In this document: positions 48,968 through 61,046 of the stretch, one piece after another
Layout of the letters: each line of letters opens with the position of its first letter
Numbering within the stretch: position 1 is the stretch's first letter
DNA from: Eutreptiella sp. 'Long Island Sound 2002'
Taxonomy: Eukaryota > Protista > Euglenida
Assembly (NCBI GenBank): GCA_964036045.1
Contig: OZ038378.1
Coordinates: 193,998,001 to 194,062,000, forward strand
Direction: 5' to 3'
DNA: 64,000 nt
Made by a program: the position numbers and the translations under genes
Notes under the pieces: model-generated
Told to the model about the DNA's origin: nothing
Databases searched by the model: none
What the model saw: the letters and a program-made list of their open reading frames with translations, nothing else

Positions 48968-50828
48968 GGCGGGGGGGGGGGCAAAATTCCGTTCCCCACG
49001 CAGTGAAAATCAAACAGGGCATTCCAGCAGCCGCACAAATGAACCAGCAAAGGCACCCGGTGGGCAGTGTACAACGCAGGGCAACGGATGGCGACGGCTA
49101 CTCCCCATCGGCGAAGGTCGGGGGGTCTGGAGGTGGGGGGGGGGGGGCATACTCGCACCTTACCCCTCCTCCAATGGAGAGGGTGCACTCAGAGGCGGAA
49201 GTGTGTCAGGAACAGAAACGACCCATACCAGAGGCAAGCCTTGCGTGGGGCCAAGGTCAGTCGTGCTCATGGGGCAATTAAAACGTAGAGACCCACGAGG
49301 GGCCATGGTCGCGTTTGGCAAGCCCTAACCAACGACCGGCTCATATCCCAGAGCCCGAGCTTGTGCACTGCCAACCCCAAGTGACCCAAACGGTTTGAAG
49401 GCCGAACGGAACTGCATTTGCACAGCTTCAATGTTGGCCCCTAAAATTTAGGTGAAATTGCCTGCGTCGTCTTGGTCGCTATCATCCCCCACGGGCGTTG
49501 ATGGGGCGCAGTGTGAATTTGTGCAATCGCACTCACTCCCCTCTCCCCTGCGAACCAAGTGAGTTGGACATGGCGGGAGAAAATTGGGTTGAGCGGGCGG
49601 GGGGGGGTGGGACGAGCCGATTTTCCAAAGACCCTCCTCCACCCTGGGCTTACTATGTCTGCAGGGGGTCTGAGAGGGCGCCGCGGGGGGTCGGTGGGCA
49701 CCCCAACATACACACCTCCACCTCCACCCATCAGCACAGGGTAAAAACAAACAAAATTGGCTCTTGGACTTGGGAGCCCGTTTTCTGCACCCCCCACCAT
49801 CCTGCCCCCGCCCCCCAGAGCAAATTTCTGGTTGCCCATGGTGCATCCATCGGAGAGCACCCCCTCTTTGGGGTGTGATGGAATGAGGGGCCGCCAAAAC
49901 GCTTGTAGTGCACTGTGGGCGGGGGAGGGGGGGGGGGGGGGCAGAACTTCACACCTCCACCCACATGCCAGACCATCCCCCATTACAACGGTTTCACATT
50001 CATGTCGCACACATCGCTGTCAAAAAAACACAAACCAACGGTGGTCAGAGAAAACGACGGTCAGACGGTTGTGCTTGGACAAAGCCATGCTCGCGCACGG
50101 GGGTCAGGGATAACCGTCTCGTCTTGCCAAATTTTGCAAAACTTTTCTCGATAAACCCGACAACAAATAGCGGACATGCAAACGTATACCTCGATTAAGC
50201 CCAAATACCCACAAGCACTAACTCGTCACTACATGCACAACCTACCACAACGAAGTGTACGAATGAAGACCGCGCAACGTAATGCTTTGTGGGCAAGGTT
50301 CACCAGCGCACACAAGCCATTCAACTACAGCATTGCACAAACTAATGCACAAAAATCATGCACTCGAGCGATGCACCAAAGACATGAAAGATACGTTGTG
50401 TCAATATAGTCAGCGTGTTGTGTGGTGTGCTCTGTATCGGTGCGGTCGGCTGCTTTGTTGGTGGCCTCCTTGTTTGTTGCCTTGCACTAGCTTTGGTCCC
50501 GGTCAATTGAGCTATCGGCCTGGAACCTCCCGCCCTTTTAACACACACACACACACACCGTGAAGGGTTCCTCCGGGCAATTGATAGTCCGACGCTCCAT
50601 GCCAGGCACTCATGGAACACCTACGTCGCTGTGCCACCCCGGGAGGCCTTTGAGGGGGAGGCGGGGGCTCATGGGGGTTTTCAAGAGGTTGCTGCGGTTG
50701 GATAAGCGGGTGGGACGCCATGTCTGGCGGGTGCAAATCGGTTGGAGTGTGCCGCTGTGGGCCACTCCAGCCTCCTACCGCAGGGGCAGGCGGACCCACG
50801 ACGCTCGACATGGACGCCCGTCACTTAC

Positions 50829-50997
50829 AACGCAGGCAGCGTAGGGGAGCTGGGCCCGGTCCGCTTGAGCGTCGCCTTGCGGCCCGCCAGCGATTTGCCG
50901 GGGGCGCCCGGCAGGATGCGCTGAGTGGGAAGTGACGGAGGACACGACCGGGAGTTCTGGCTTCGGAAGGAATTTGGGTCGCCGTCCAAACCAGCGC
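50829..50997 (-). CDS. Gene X exon H (last exon linked with confidence)
   Basis: CATCTCAG acceptor, TT|GTAAGT donor, phase 1/2, GC3-rich. AGLDGDPNSFRSQNSR...TLKRTGPSSPTLPA. Downstream exons unresolved. Confidence 0.7.
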
Positions 50998-51078
50998 CTG
51001 AGATGTGCAGCACGATCCTTGTCATGCTCTGACGCGTACATCTCAATCAACACCCTCCTCACCAATCAGCCCCTGTCC

Positions 51079-51280
51079 CAGGCCTCGCTTGAAGGAGACA
51101 GGGGCCACAGGGTTGTAGGGTAGTGCAGCAAACGCTTGTAAACCCGGCTAGCGGCAGTTAGGAAAGCGGTTGGAAAGTCGTTGCAGCCGCAGTTGGAGTT
51201 GGAAAGACAGACGGTCGGAGCATAACTGGCAGTGTCTGTTGGGGAGGAGGGGCACCTGCCCCCCTTCAAGCCCCGGCCTG
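51079..51280. mobile_element. hAT-like MITE, 202 bp
   Basis: TIR CAGGCCTCGCTTGAAGG / CCTTCAAGCCCCGGCCTG. TSD CCCTGTCC / ACCAGTCC (6 of 8). Confidence 0.8.
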
Positions 51281-52037
51281 ACCAGTCCTTCAAGCGCTGC
51301 TGTTGTAACCAAGTAGCCCGAAAACTGGGACTGAAATGGGCTGAATCATGGGCCCACGGTCACTTCAGAAGCAAAAGTTGCCCCATGTGGACAGGGCACA
51401 CAACGGCCCCAGTGATGTGCAGCCCGCCACAATCCAGGCCATTACCCGTCATTGCAGCCGACTATTGAGTTAACAGTCATGGCTCTGGATCAGTTTGAAA
51501 ATGGCCGCGAGAGAAATTGGCCCCTGTTCCTTTATTAGACACATTGTGCAGGCAGGCCCCTTCACTCCAAACATTGTCTTCAGTCACAAATGGGGCCGCA
51601 ATGCATTTGTTTTTGGGTTTTGGAAATCCTAGGGCTTGGTTGGGCGGTTGCTAGATACTCAATGGCGGTCAGTGTTTGCTGCAGTAACTTGCAAGTTTTA
51701 AGCGTTAACTAAACTTTAGGAAACCTTTAAGCTCAAACGGGAAGTCAAACAGGCATGTGCAGCTGACTATCTTGCATGCAATACTCGTAATACAAATTCA
51801 ATGATATAAGTTCCTTTAGTGTGCCAACACAAACCACAAGGATGTTCCACAACACCATTGTAGTGGTGGTTGACAAAGGCCACAACTTGCCATTATCCTG
51901 CGCTACATGTGCTGCATTTTGGTCAGAACCATGGCAGCACAATCAACACTCTAGGGCACAAGGATCCGTTGGATCCCTGTTGCCCATTTGTTTCATGAAT
52001 TGTGGGATTTCAATGGCTTCATCCTCAGGGTCCCCAC

Positions 52038-53690
52038 CAGAGTTTTCCTTAGGGGGGGGGGGGGGGTCCAAGGGGGAGGGTGGGTGGGGCTGTGGGGGGG
52101 GACCCCCCCAGGGGACCCTGAGTTGTTAGAGGTGCCGAAGGCACCGGAGAAATACTTCAGCCTAAACTGACTTGCACGGAAGGCGCCAGAGAATATTTTT
52201 GATTGGCTGAAGACCCGGAGAAAATTTTGCCCAATCACTTAAGGGGGCCACAATGGGTCAGGTTTGCTTCATTGCAATTGGTTCCAACCGCGCCTGTCAC
52301 CACGGTCTTCATTGCTCTCAGTTCAGTGTGCCAGATCATATGTTCTGTGTTCGCTTTCCGAGTGTCCAATGGCTGGGGTCAGGGGCGAGGTCCCTTCCAC
52401 GTCCCTTGTTCCACTGTCCAGGTCAGCCATCGCCTGTCGAGCTCTGCGGGTACAAACAGTCGGCCAGGCGCACGCACATGTGCCTGGTCGATCGGCTTAT
52501 GGACCGTACCTCCATTGGCTTAGGGGTGTGTATGCAGCTCAAAGGTCAGCAGTGGGATGGCACTCGCATTCGCTGGCCCCACTCGGCCATGCCGTCCCCT
52601 GCAATGATGTGGTCCTTGGGCCTAAAAACCCAGTGGGTACAGGAAAACATTCAAAGTTAGCAGGACATACAGTGTGTTTGTGTGTGTCATCTCAGCTGGG
52701 TTCCGTTCCTGGCTCGAAAAGGGCCCTTGTCGGCGTGTCACACCTGGACCCTTCAGTGCTGCACGTGGACGCAGTGTCACTGGCTGAGGAATCGGGGGAT
52801 GTAAACTCAATTTGCACCAGGGACCTAACGGGCGGCGAGTATCGGGTCAGCGGCCGTGATCGGGCCCTGGAGCGCCATTGGGAGGGTGGGGTGGAGGTGG
52901 CAGAAGATGGGCACAATGCCCTGGAAGGAGGCATACAGATTTCAATGTCAATTAGTGGTTGCGCCCAAGCGTTACATACTCCGGTCTCGGACAGTGGCGC
53001 TTGGGCGGTGGGGTGGCTTCCACCACTAGTTGAGGGGTGTGGAGCGGGGGTTGCCCTCCCCCCCCCCCTCCCTTGGTGCCCAGGCTAGCGGGGTTCCATG
53101 GTCCCCAACTCCCTCCAGCTCTGGCCACACAGTGGTTCTTCCAAGTCTGACTCAGGTGCCATGTCGGAGTCGTCCGACCGGTCCACGCCCGCCCTGGAAA
53201 CATTCACTTGTCCTCTCAGGAGGGGGGACTGTCTGCGGCCCAGGTCAGCCAACTGGTCCACCTTGGTGTTATTCTCTACACTGATGTGGGAGGAGACATG
53301 CAGCCATTGTATTTCAGCCCCTGGTGCTTCGGTTTCTTGGAGCAGTTGGGTCCAGAGATCCACATGACCCACTGGCCCTGCAGATCCTTGCCAACCATGG
53401 CGCCGCCATTTCTGCGCCTTACCGGTGATGCCTTGCACCACCAGCAGGGATTCAGAGCAAACCAGCGTTTGTTTTGACCTGTTTCTGTGCCGCACCGCAT
53501 GCAGCGCCGCCCTGAGCTCTCCCCGATTGTTGGGTTGGCGTTCCCCTACCGGGAAGTGCTGCGCTGTATCGCGGGAGTCCCCAAAATATACTCCGAAGCC
53601 GCACTTAAGGGGGGGGGTCCGAGGGGGGGGGTGTCAGACCCCCTCCCACCCCCCCCCCCAGGAGATGCTGAGTTGTTAAGCAAAACTCTG
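52038..53690. mobile_element. hAT-like MITE split by a LINE insertion
   Basis: TIR CAGAGTTTT(C/G)CTTA / TAAGCAAAACTCTG. Perfect 8-bp TSD GTCCCCAC at 52030-52037 and 53691-53698. Confidence 0.92.
52248..53601 (-). mobile_element. 5'-truncated LINE (RNase H plus C-terminal tail plus 3' region), related to the 5.9-12.7 kb element
   Basis: GFGVYFGD, PNNRGELRAALHAV, VCSESLLVVQG, DLWTQLL, WLHVSSH, ENNTKVDQLADLG. Flanked by the 12-bp direct repeat CACTTAAGGGGG (52236-52247 and 53602-53613). Confidence 0.88.
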
Positions 53691-54091
53691 GTCCCCACAG
53701 CAGGGACCAATCAAAGCGGGTTGCACAACCCCTACCTTTTTGGGGTATCCAAAGCGGGAAGGAATCAAAATGGCTGCATAATCTCCACCTTCTAGGAATC
53801 AAAATGGCCATGTAATTGCTGCCTTCTCAAGTCCCAGAAAGGGCAGGAATCAAAATGGCCACTAACCCCTACCATATTGGGGTCCCCCAAGAGCAGATCA
53901 AAACATCTACCACCAGAAACCTTCACTTGCAATAGGGGTATTTGCGCTGTACAAAGCCCAGAAAACCTCCCATGGTGCATTAAAAAAAAAAGGGAGGGTT
54001 CCAAACCGGGGCATAGTATCCAATTTCTTAAAATCCCCTCCCTGGCCATTGCTGGGTGAGGGGGTGCCTGGGAGCATGCAGCGGCACACAC

Positions 54092-54262
54092 CTTGCTGCT
54101 CCACCTGCCCCATGTGCACAGGCGTGGGCGTGGCGGGGAGTCTCATGCTGTTGCTGCCGCGGGGCTGGGTCAGATGGTGCACGGGGGAGAGCGCTCGCAA
54201 GTGCGGGTCGTTCATCGTGTACTCCAGTAGCGGATCCACGGCGCTGCTGGTGTCCGCCATCC
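54092..54262 (-). CDS. Gene X exon G
   Basis: GTCTTCAG acceptor, G|GTGTGT donor, phase 1/1. MADTSSAVDPLLEYTMNDPHLRALSP... Confidence 0.75.
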
Positions 54263-54542
54263 CTGAAGACGTGGGAGGATACGCTTGTCCCATTGAAGGC
54301 CTTTGGGGATGTTTGCCGCTATAAATACCATTGCAAAGGGGTCTCCGAAACACGAAACTGCAGCCCTACTGTTTGAACTGGCCCCCCTCCCTTCCCCCTG
54401 AGGGCAGGGATGCGCTTGAGGTAGAGGCGCTGAAGGAGAGTCTCAAAAGCGATTGCAAAAGCGGTTACTAGCAGTTGGCAGAGCGGGTGGGACAAATCAC
54501 CCCCGAGTCACACACGTCACTCCCTCCCCCCTTCTCTTGCTC

Positions 54543-54890
54543 ATGCAAGCATTACAAGGCAACACGGCTGATGTCTAGAGCATGGTTGTATCCTCTAATG
54601 ACCAGTTCATTATATAGAGCAGTTGGGACAAAATATGTGGATTTGGGAAGCTTCTAGTGGGCAACTCATCCAAACATTACAGAGCCACACAGGTCCTTCC
54701 AGGTGCATGGGTGTATCCCCTGATTCATTGTATCCAGCAATTGGCACAGAACTGCGCGGATTTGGAAGGCCTCCAATAGGGGACTCTTGCAAACATTAGA
54801 AGACCACACTGGTCATGGCTTGAGCGTGGCCATATCCCCTGATGGCACATTCATTCTGTCCAGCAGTTCCGACAAAATAGTGTGGATTTG
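54543..54890 (+). pseudogene. WD40-repeat pseudogene fragment (about 3 repeats)
   Basis: QALQGNTADV*SMVVSSNDQFII*SSWDK / IWEASSGQLIQTLQSHTG..MGVSPD / FIVSSNWHRTARIWKASNRGLLQTLEDHTGHGLSVAISPDGTFILSSSSDK. Two stops and two frameshifts. Confidence 0.85.
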
Positions 54891-55101
54891 CCTCCCAAAG
54901 GAAGAGACGTTCAAACCAGCTGGTCTGCCACCATATTGTGCAGGAGATCGGTGCAGCCACAACCACATGCACCACCATTGAAAAACCTTTTCCTGCAGTG
55001 CCTGCGGCGTACCCTGCACCACGCAGTTTTGGAAACCTGCCTAGTTGTGGAATATTGTAGTTTGTGCACCGCTGTGCTAAAGCCTGGTAAAGCCTCCCAT
55101 G

Positions 55102-55451
55102 CAGGGCGGTCCTTAACGAAGAAAAAAAAAAGAAGTGTTCCTGTCCCCAGGTTTCCTAAAAATGCCCACGGGCACACCATGTGTTGGCAGTTGGCGGTTG
55201 GCAGTTGACGATTGGCGATTGGCGGTTGATGGCGGTTGGTGGCGGTTGATGGTGGTTGGCGGCAGTTGGTGGTTGGGGATTGGTGGTTGATGGCGGTTAG
55301 CAGTGGTTGGCGGTTGGCGGTTGGTCGCCGCTGGCGGTTGGTCACGGTTGGCGGTTGGGACCGTTGGTGGTTGGCGGTTGATGGTCCCTTGGGGCGGTCC
55401 TTAAGGGCGGTCCTTAACAAAAAAAAATCTCGGTCCCAAAGGACCGCCCTG
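55102..55451. mobile_element. hAT-like MITE, 350 bp, with an internal GGCGGTT array
   Basis: Perfect 13-bp TIR CAGGGCGGTCCTT / AAGGACCGCCCTG. Perfect TSD CTCCCATG at 55094-55101 and 55452-55459. Same family architecture as 20732-21045. Confidence 0.95.
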
Positions 55452-58325
55452 CTCCCATGTGACTCGTTTTGAACTTGCTGTGAACACTACTGAGCACTGG
55501 ATGGGGCAAGATGGGACACTGTAGGAACACCGATGGTGCCAAATTACCAACGTGCAATGTTTCTCAGTTATCAAATTTGGGTCCTCAACGATCTGCAATA
55601 AATTAGCTTTCTCTAACCCTGTGGAGTGCATGCAGCACGCAAAAAGCATTCTCATTGCTCATGGTGCCACAATTTCTTGTCAAAAGAAAAGGTCTCCTAC
55701 ATCCCAAATCCACACAATGATATTTTCACTTATCATGGTAACGCCGACTGTCGGTTTTTCATGTACCTGTCTTGCAAAGCTCAATTTAATTGTGCCCAAA
55801 TCTGTTTCTGTCAAGTCTGGTGAAGCTGACGCAATATTCAGTCAGGTTGTCCTAGGTTGAGTCCCGTGCACAGACGTTGTTGACAGGGCAGCGGGGTCGG
55901 AGGTTTGCACCAAGTATTTTCTTGTAAGCACCGTTGCAGCAGTGCTGTGGGGCGGGGGCAGGGGGGCTAGGCCCAGTCCATGGCTGCAATCCCCACCCCG
56001 TCTCCCAACACCCAAGTGGTTTCAAAAGTTGTTGTGGCGGCCAGTATCTTGATGGGACTGGCCGTTAAAAAACTTCCCCACAACCCACGGCTCATTGCAA
56101 GTAGTGCGATGCGGTGGTCATCTTTGAGTCATACATCCTGGCAGGTACGAAACAGTTGGTGTACAATTGGTGGCGCACAGAAGCCCTTGGGACAGGTCTT
56201 AGCGGTGGGTGTGCCTTACAGGCTATGTAAGTGTGCCGATTGGTACTCTTGTGTGCACACTTGTTTGGATTTCAGAAGGAAGTTATCTACACTGTTTGCC
56301 CTCTGATGGCAACGAAACATGTGTTGGCAGGTGAGAGTGAGACAGTTGTGCCTCTGCTCATAAGTGCTGCTTCACCCTATGGCATCCACTCCACTGCCGG
56401 CACTGCAGCCTTCACATGAAGTCTTTTCCAAGACAGTGAGGATTTGGAGGGTGCTCCCCACTGCATCTGTTTTGGGAAATGCAACGCGGGGCCCCAGGGG
56501 TTCTAGGTCACCAACTATTACACATCATCAGTAGTGCACTGCCTTTCCAGGCATTTTGCTGCTGCACATGAAGGTGGCCCAATCCCCTGCTAGAGCTCAC
56601 CCAACATTACCCTGCTCTTTTGCCATGGCTGCTGGGCTAAGCGGAGAATGCATCCAACAGTGTTCTCATCCTTGGACAAGCAGGATGTGGCACAAGGTGG
56701 AATGGGCGAGCCACTAGTCATCAAGATAGCCCTTTTGAGGTGCCCTTGGGGGTGCTTCCGGCACAGTGTAGGTGTGTCATAGGCACTGCAGGGGAAGAGA
56801 AACCCATGTAATGCAGTTTCTCCCATCCTTTCTAAAATGCACTATCACAAATCAAAATGAAACAATTAGACATTCATTTCAAATTGTGCCTCATTTTGAC
56901 TGGTGCTTTCTAGGACGGCCTCAAGTGCAGTCTTGTCAAACACATTGCATTTGGCAATATGGGCATCCGTGGCAGTTCAAATCTTGGGAAGATCCCAATG
57001 CCGCTGATCCTTTGTTTTTTTTGGTCCTCCTCATTTTCTTAGGCCTTTCCTTAAAGGCTCTGCGAGAGGTGCGATATTGTTGGCGTAAGGAGGATGACAC
57101 TTTTGTTGCTACTGCTCGCCACTCTTCCAACTCTGGGTCTGGATTTGCAAAATGCAATGAAGTGTCACACCAGCTTCACCCACAAGCACCAGCAAGTCGT
57201 AAAGCCCCCCTAGACCCCACAATGACCAGTTTCATTTGCAAATGTTGTTGTAAAAGCGATGTCCAAGTGCCAAATTCAACATTGACCACTATTCATCCAA
57301 CAGTAGTCCAGATGGAGAATAAATTTCAGTGGCAAATCAGCAAAGAATCTACATTCCTAATACTGGCACGGGTTTCTTTTCACATGCCATGGGCGCTGCA
57401 AGGACCCTGTTGGCTGGACAGAACCAGGGCTATGAGGTGAGGAGGGGGGTAAAGATGATTCAGGGACCCATAGGTTTGTGTCCGAAATGAGGCCCGGAAA
57501 ATTTTCTTTGCAAAATGTGGTTGTGACTGTGAGGCATTTGTTGTTGGATCAGGGGTAGGCAGGGGGGGGGGGTGACCCTCCTCCTGGTGATTTCCTGTTG
57601 AAGCACAGGTCTGGGGGGGGGGGGTCGTTTTGAGACCAAAGGGTACGAAAAATGTCCAAATCCCATTGCCTCCAGCAATTGCACCTTGCAGAGGATTGCT
57701 CCCAACAACATACTAGGCCCAGCAATCTATACAGAAAAGTGATGTAATCAAAAACCGGCGGATCTGGGGTCCTGGAGATAGGAGCCGGGGCGCTTGCCAA
57801 TGGTCAGGGGTCTATTTACAAGCGAACACTTGAATGGGTCCTAGGTCGACACATGGTGGCTGCAACAGGCCAACCAAGTTTTGCCCCCCCCCGAAAAAAA
57901 ATCGGTTTTCAGGGAGGGGGGGTGTCCCAAAACAAAAACTCATTGGGGGATACCTTTGTTGGACAAAATGAGCACTTTACAAGGGGCTACACCACTTATC
58001 GTTGCATTCTACCCCGGTTGGCTGGCACAGACAAGTGATTCATCGAGCCGACATACTACAGAGTTTGTCTTAGCTTAGTTGCATCAAGTCACACAAGTCT
58101 GTAGTGAGGCGAGGTGCAGGCCCATGTTTGGCCATCATCAAAATGGCCAAAATTCTAGCCCAACTTTGGTTTGCACAAAACACATCACAACCAGAAGAGG
58201 GGCTTGGGCAGCGGCAGTCTCTGTCTCAGACCCCCCGGTCCTAAGCCAGGGCCCGAGCCCCCCAAAAAAACACGATTGGACTTGCCACAACCCCAACCTC
58301 CAGCCCCTGCCGGCCCCGCTCACAC

Positions 58326-58540
58326 CTGAGCCCTGTGGGCTGTCCGCGTTGACGCTCCTCAGCAGGTCCCCAAGCACGAGCATGTGCGTCGGCGCCTTCT
58401 CGAGCACGTGGTCCCACTCCGTGCGCTTGTGCTGCAAGGCGTAGTGCAGCGAGAGCTCAAAGTTCGCCTTCTTCATCAGCTGGTCCTCGGTGCTGATCTG
58501 CCGCTTCGTCTCCGCATCCATCTTTTTCAAGTACAAGGAC
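58326..58540 (-). CDS. Gene X exon F
   Basis: CTCTTGCAG acceptor, G|GTGTGA donor, phase 2/1, very high GC3. SLYLKKMDAETKRQISTEDQLMKKANFELSLHYALQHKRTEWDHVLEK... Confidence 0.82.
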
Positions 58541-58654
58541 CTGCAAGAGTGTGGACCAGCCACAAGCGTACACACTGGGAATCGGTGATCAATCCCCATG
58601 CCACCCACTGCGGAATGAGGCACAGGCTCATCTGAATGACGCATCAGCAGGTAC

Positions 58655-58671
58655 CTGCGCTTTAGAGAAAT
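58655..58671 (-). CDS. Gene X 17-nt micro-exon (inferred)
   Basis: ATTTCTCTAAAGCGCAG|GTACC reconciles phase 0 to phase 2 between its neighbours. The acceptor could lie 21 nt further upstream. Confidence 0.4.
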
Positions 58672-58779
58672 CTTTTTACTAAAATCAAAACCCTTTGACC
58701 GAAATCAAAATCCTTTTATCAAAATCAGCATCAAAAATCGAAAGATTTTCTTAAAAACATCTTGGCAAAAAGCGAGTAC

Positions 58780-58955
58780 CTGTTCCAACTTCAGTGTGGT
58801 GAGAGTGATTATGTTGCTGAGCGAAGGCTCTTTGTATACCCGCTGTCCACATGCTTGACTACTTCCTGGGCTGCTGGGCTCTGCTTGTTTGTGGCTGAGG
58901 CGGTATTCCTTTGACACGGCCACACAGTTCCGATCCAACGCAGTGCAGAGTTCAG
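58780..58955 (-). CDS. Gene X exon E
   Basis: TGACTAAT branchpoint-like motif plus CATGTAG acceptor, CAG|GTACTC donor, phase 1/0. Confidence 0.6.
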
Positions 58956-59053
58956 CTACATGTCATTAGTCAATCACCGGTATGCCGACGAGGCCGGTCA
59001 GTGCCCGCTAACGTTGACAAGCCCCACAAGCGCTGTAAAGACGGTCTTCTCAC

Positions 59054-59085
59054 TACTGTCAAAATCACAGGCTCTTGGCGAAGGG
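59054..59085 (-). CDS. Gene X 32-nt exon D (inferred)
   Basis: CCGCCCCCAG acceptor, A|GTGAGA donor, phase 2/1 fits the neighbours. Confidence 0.45.
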
Positions 59086-59834
59086 CTGGGGGCGGATCCC
59101 CCAAACAGTCAGAGTGCACCACAAGCAACGGGCAATGGTAGGCACCATCCGTGCCTACGCACCGGTGGGCACTGGCAAAGGGACCCTTGACGACACGGGA
59201 AACAAGCATGTGGTGTTGGCAGTGCGGACAGTGAATCAGGCAGAAGATGTGGTTTGTAGCTTTGGGCAGGCTGTCGGAGTGGTCAAGTTGGGTGCCACAG
59301 TGTGGGTGTAGCTATAATTGCATGTACTCTTGTGTTGCGCTGTGCATGCTGACCTGTTGCGCACCCTTCCCACAGAAAACAAACCCAAGCCTACCCCTAC
59401 ACCAGCCCCCAAGGCAGCGCCTAAGTCAGCCCCAAAGGCTAGCACTTCCAGCTCTTCAAGATGAGGCGCGAGGTTGGCAATTCTATTCAGTCCCAGTTGA
59501 GCAGAATTCAAGCAATTGGGTGGTGTTTGAGTTGTGCGGATGAGGATGATGCTTTGTTCTGTCATGGTTTGAGGGGTGGGTGTGGGTTCTGTCTGCAATG
59601 TGTGTTCTTTGGGATGAGTGAGGCAGGCAAACAGGCCCGGCGTCGTTGACCATCTTGTGGGTCAAGTTTCGTCTGGGGACAGACGCAATACACAATGTCC
59701 TCTGCACGACTTGGACAATCGCGCACATCCGGAAGAACCAACCAGCATACGCACTTACCCCTCACGGGAGACCCTGCCCTGTGCAAAGTAATGCCCTGAC
59801 CATGATACTTCAACGGTCCGTGCACGGGGCCTAC

Positions 59835-59955
59835 CTGTCAGGGTTCACAACCGCCGCAGCTTTGGCGTTCATTGTGGCACGTACCGGCCTTGGGGACGCC
59901 GGCGACATCGGCTGGGCGTCGTCCAGAAGGCCATCGTCTTCGGTGGAGCGGAGCA
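59835..59955 (-). CDS. Gene X exon C
   Basis: CTCCTTGCAG acceptor, AG|GTAGGC donor, phase 1/2. LRSTEDDGLLDDAQPMSPASPRP... Confidence 0.78.
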
Positions 59956-60112
59956 CTGCAAGGAGCACATGACTGCGTAAGATGGGTGGCGAGCAGGCAG
60001 CATCAAGCAGTCACAGGGAGGAGTGCAGGGGACGTTGTGACCGGGGTGGTAGGATGTGTAACAGTGGGGGCACGAGGGGGGCCACACGAGCAACCGCACG
60101 GTGCTCTCATAC

Positions 60113-60254
60113 CGGGCTCTGATTCGCTGCCTCCTGCATGTTCGAAGGAGAACGGCCCGAAATCTTTGTGGACTTTGCTCTCTGTTGCGCCACGTTTCGG
60201 CAGGCGGGCCCGCAGGGAGCGTCGGACGGCAGGCGACAGGGCTGTTTTCGCAAC
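60113..60254 (-). CDS. Gene X exon B
   Basis: CCCTTGGCTCAG acceptor, G|GTATGA donor, phase 0/1. Confidence 0.75.
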
Positions 60255-61046
60255 CTGAGCCAAGGGCAGGAGGGAGCAGGTATGAGGTGCCCTGGGCAAT
60301 GAGGGGACGCGGAACCTGCACCCAGCGGCGTGGCCAGTCACATCAATCAATGCAAGCCCACCTTTGCAGTAGGAGGCACACTCACTCAGAATCACCCGCT
60401 GTGCAGACTGCACTTCACGTCAATGGTATCAGAGTCCTGTGGTATCATGTAAGATCTACATTTTGGTTGCATGGGGGGGGGGGGGGCTTGCGGTCTGCAA
60501 CACTGAGACGTTTTGGATTCGTGCATTGCATTGGTACGAATGAAATTGAGAACTGCAGAACTGGTGCATAGCCCCACCTCCGCATGCGGCAGGAGCACTG
60601 ACGCGAGTGTTTTGGTACTGTTGTACGCCAGCAGGCGCACCCCACCCCCCCCGTATGGTGACGTGTGAGCTGTCACGTGTGTGTTGTTGGTTGAGGCGAC
60701 GTCAGCAACAAATCAGCACATGCAGGCCACAGGAAGAGGAGAAAAGCTTATCAAGAGCCGAAAACGGCCCTAGGCGCCTTTCGCAAAAGGTCTGTGAGAG
60801 TTGTGGAGAATCCCCCCCCCCCCGGCTCCACTCACGAAATACCACACAATATACCGCTTTGCGCGTACAAATGGCAGAACTGCCGGCTGCAGCCGCTCAT
60901 CATCACTGTCGACACACCGCGCCGCCCGACACATGGCCAGCCCGCACCACTGTGCCAAACACGCCACCCCCACCCCCATGCACCAACAGACTGTTGGCGC
61001 GCGCCAACGCCGAAACGGCGACTGATGCGGGCGGCTGCGCGCACAC

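Noticed and set aside
56936-57157. Extra gene X exon (DPELEEWRAVATK...)
   Set aside because: Phase-compatible but ends in a stop and has lower GC3. The 54262 exon continues the frame better. It remains possible as an alternative terminal exon.
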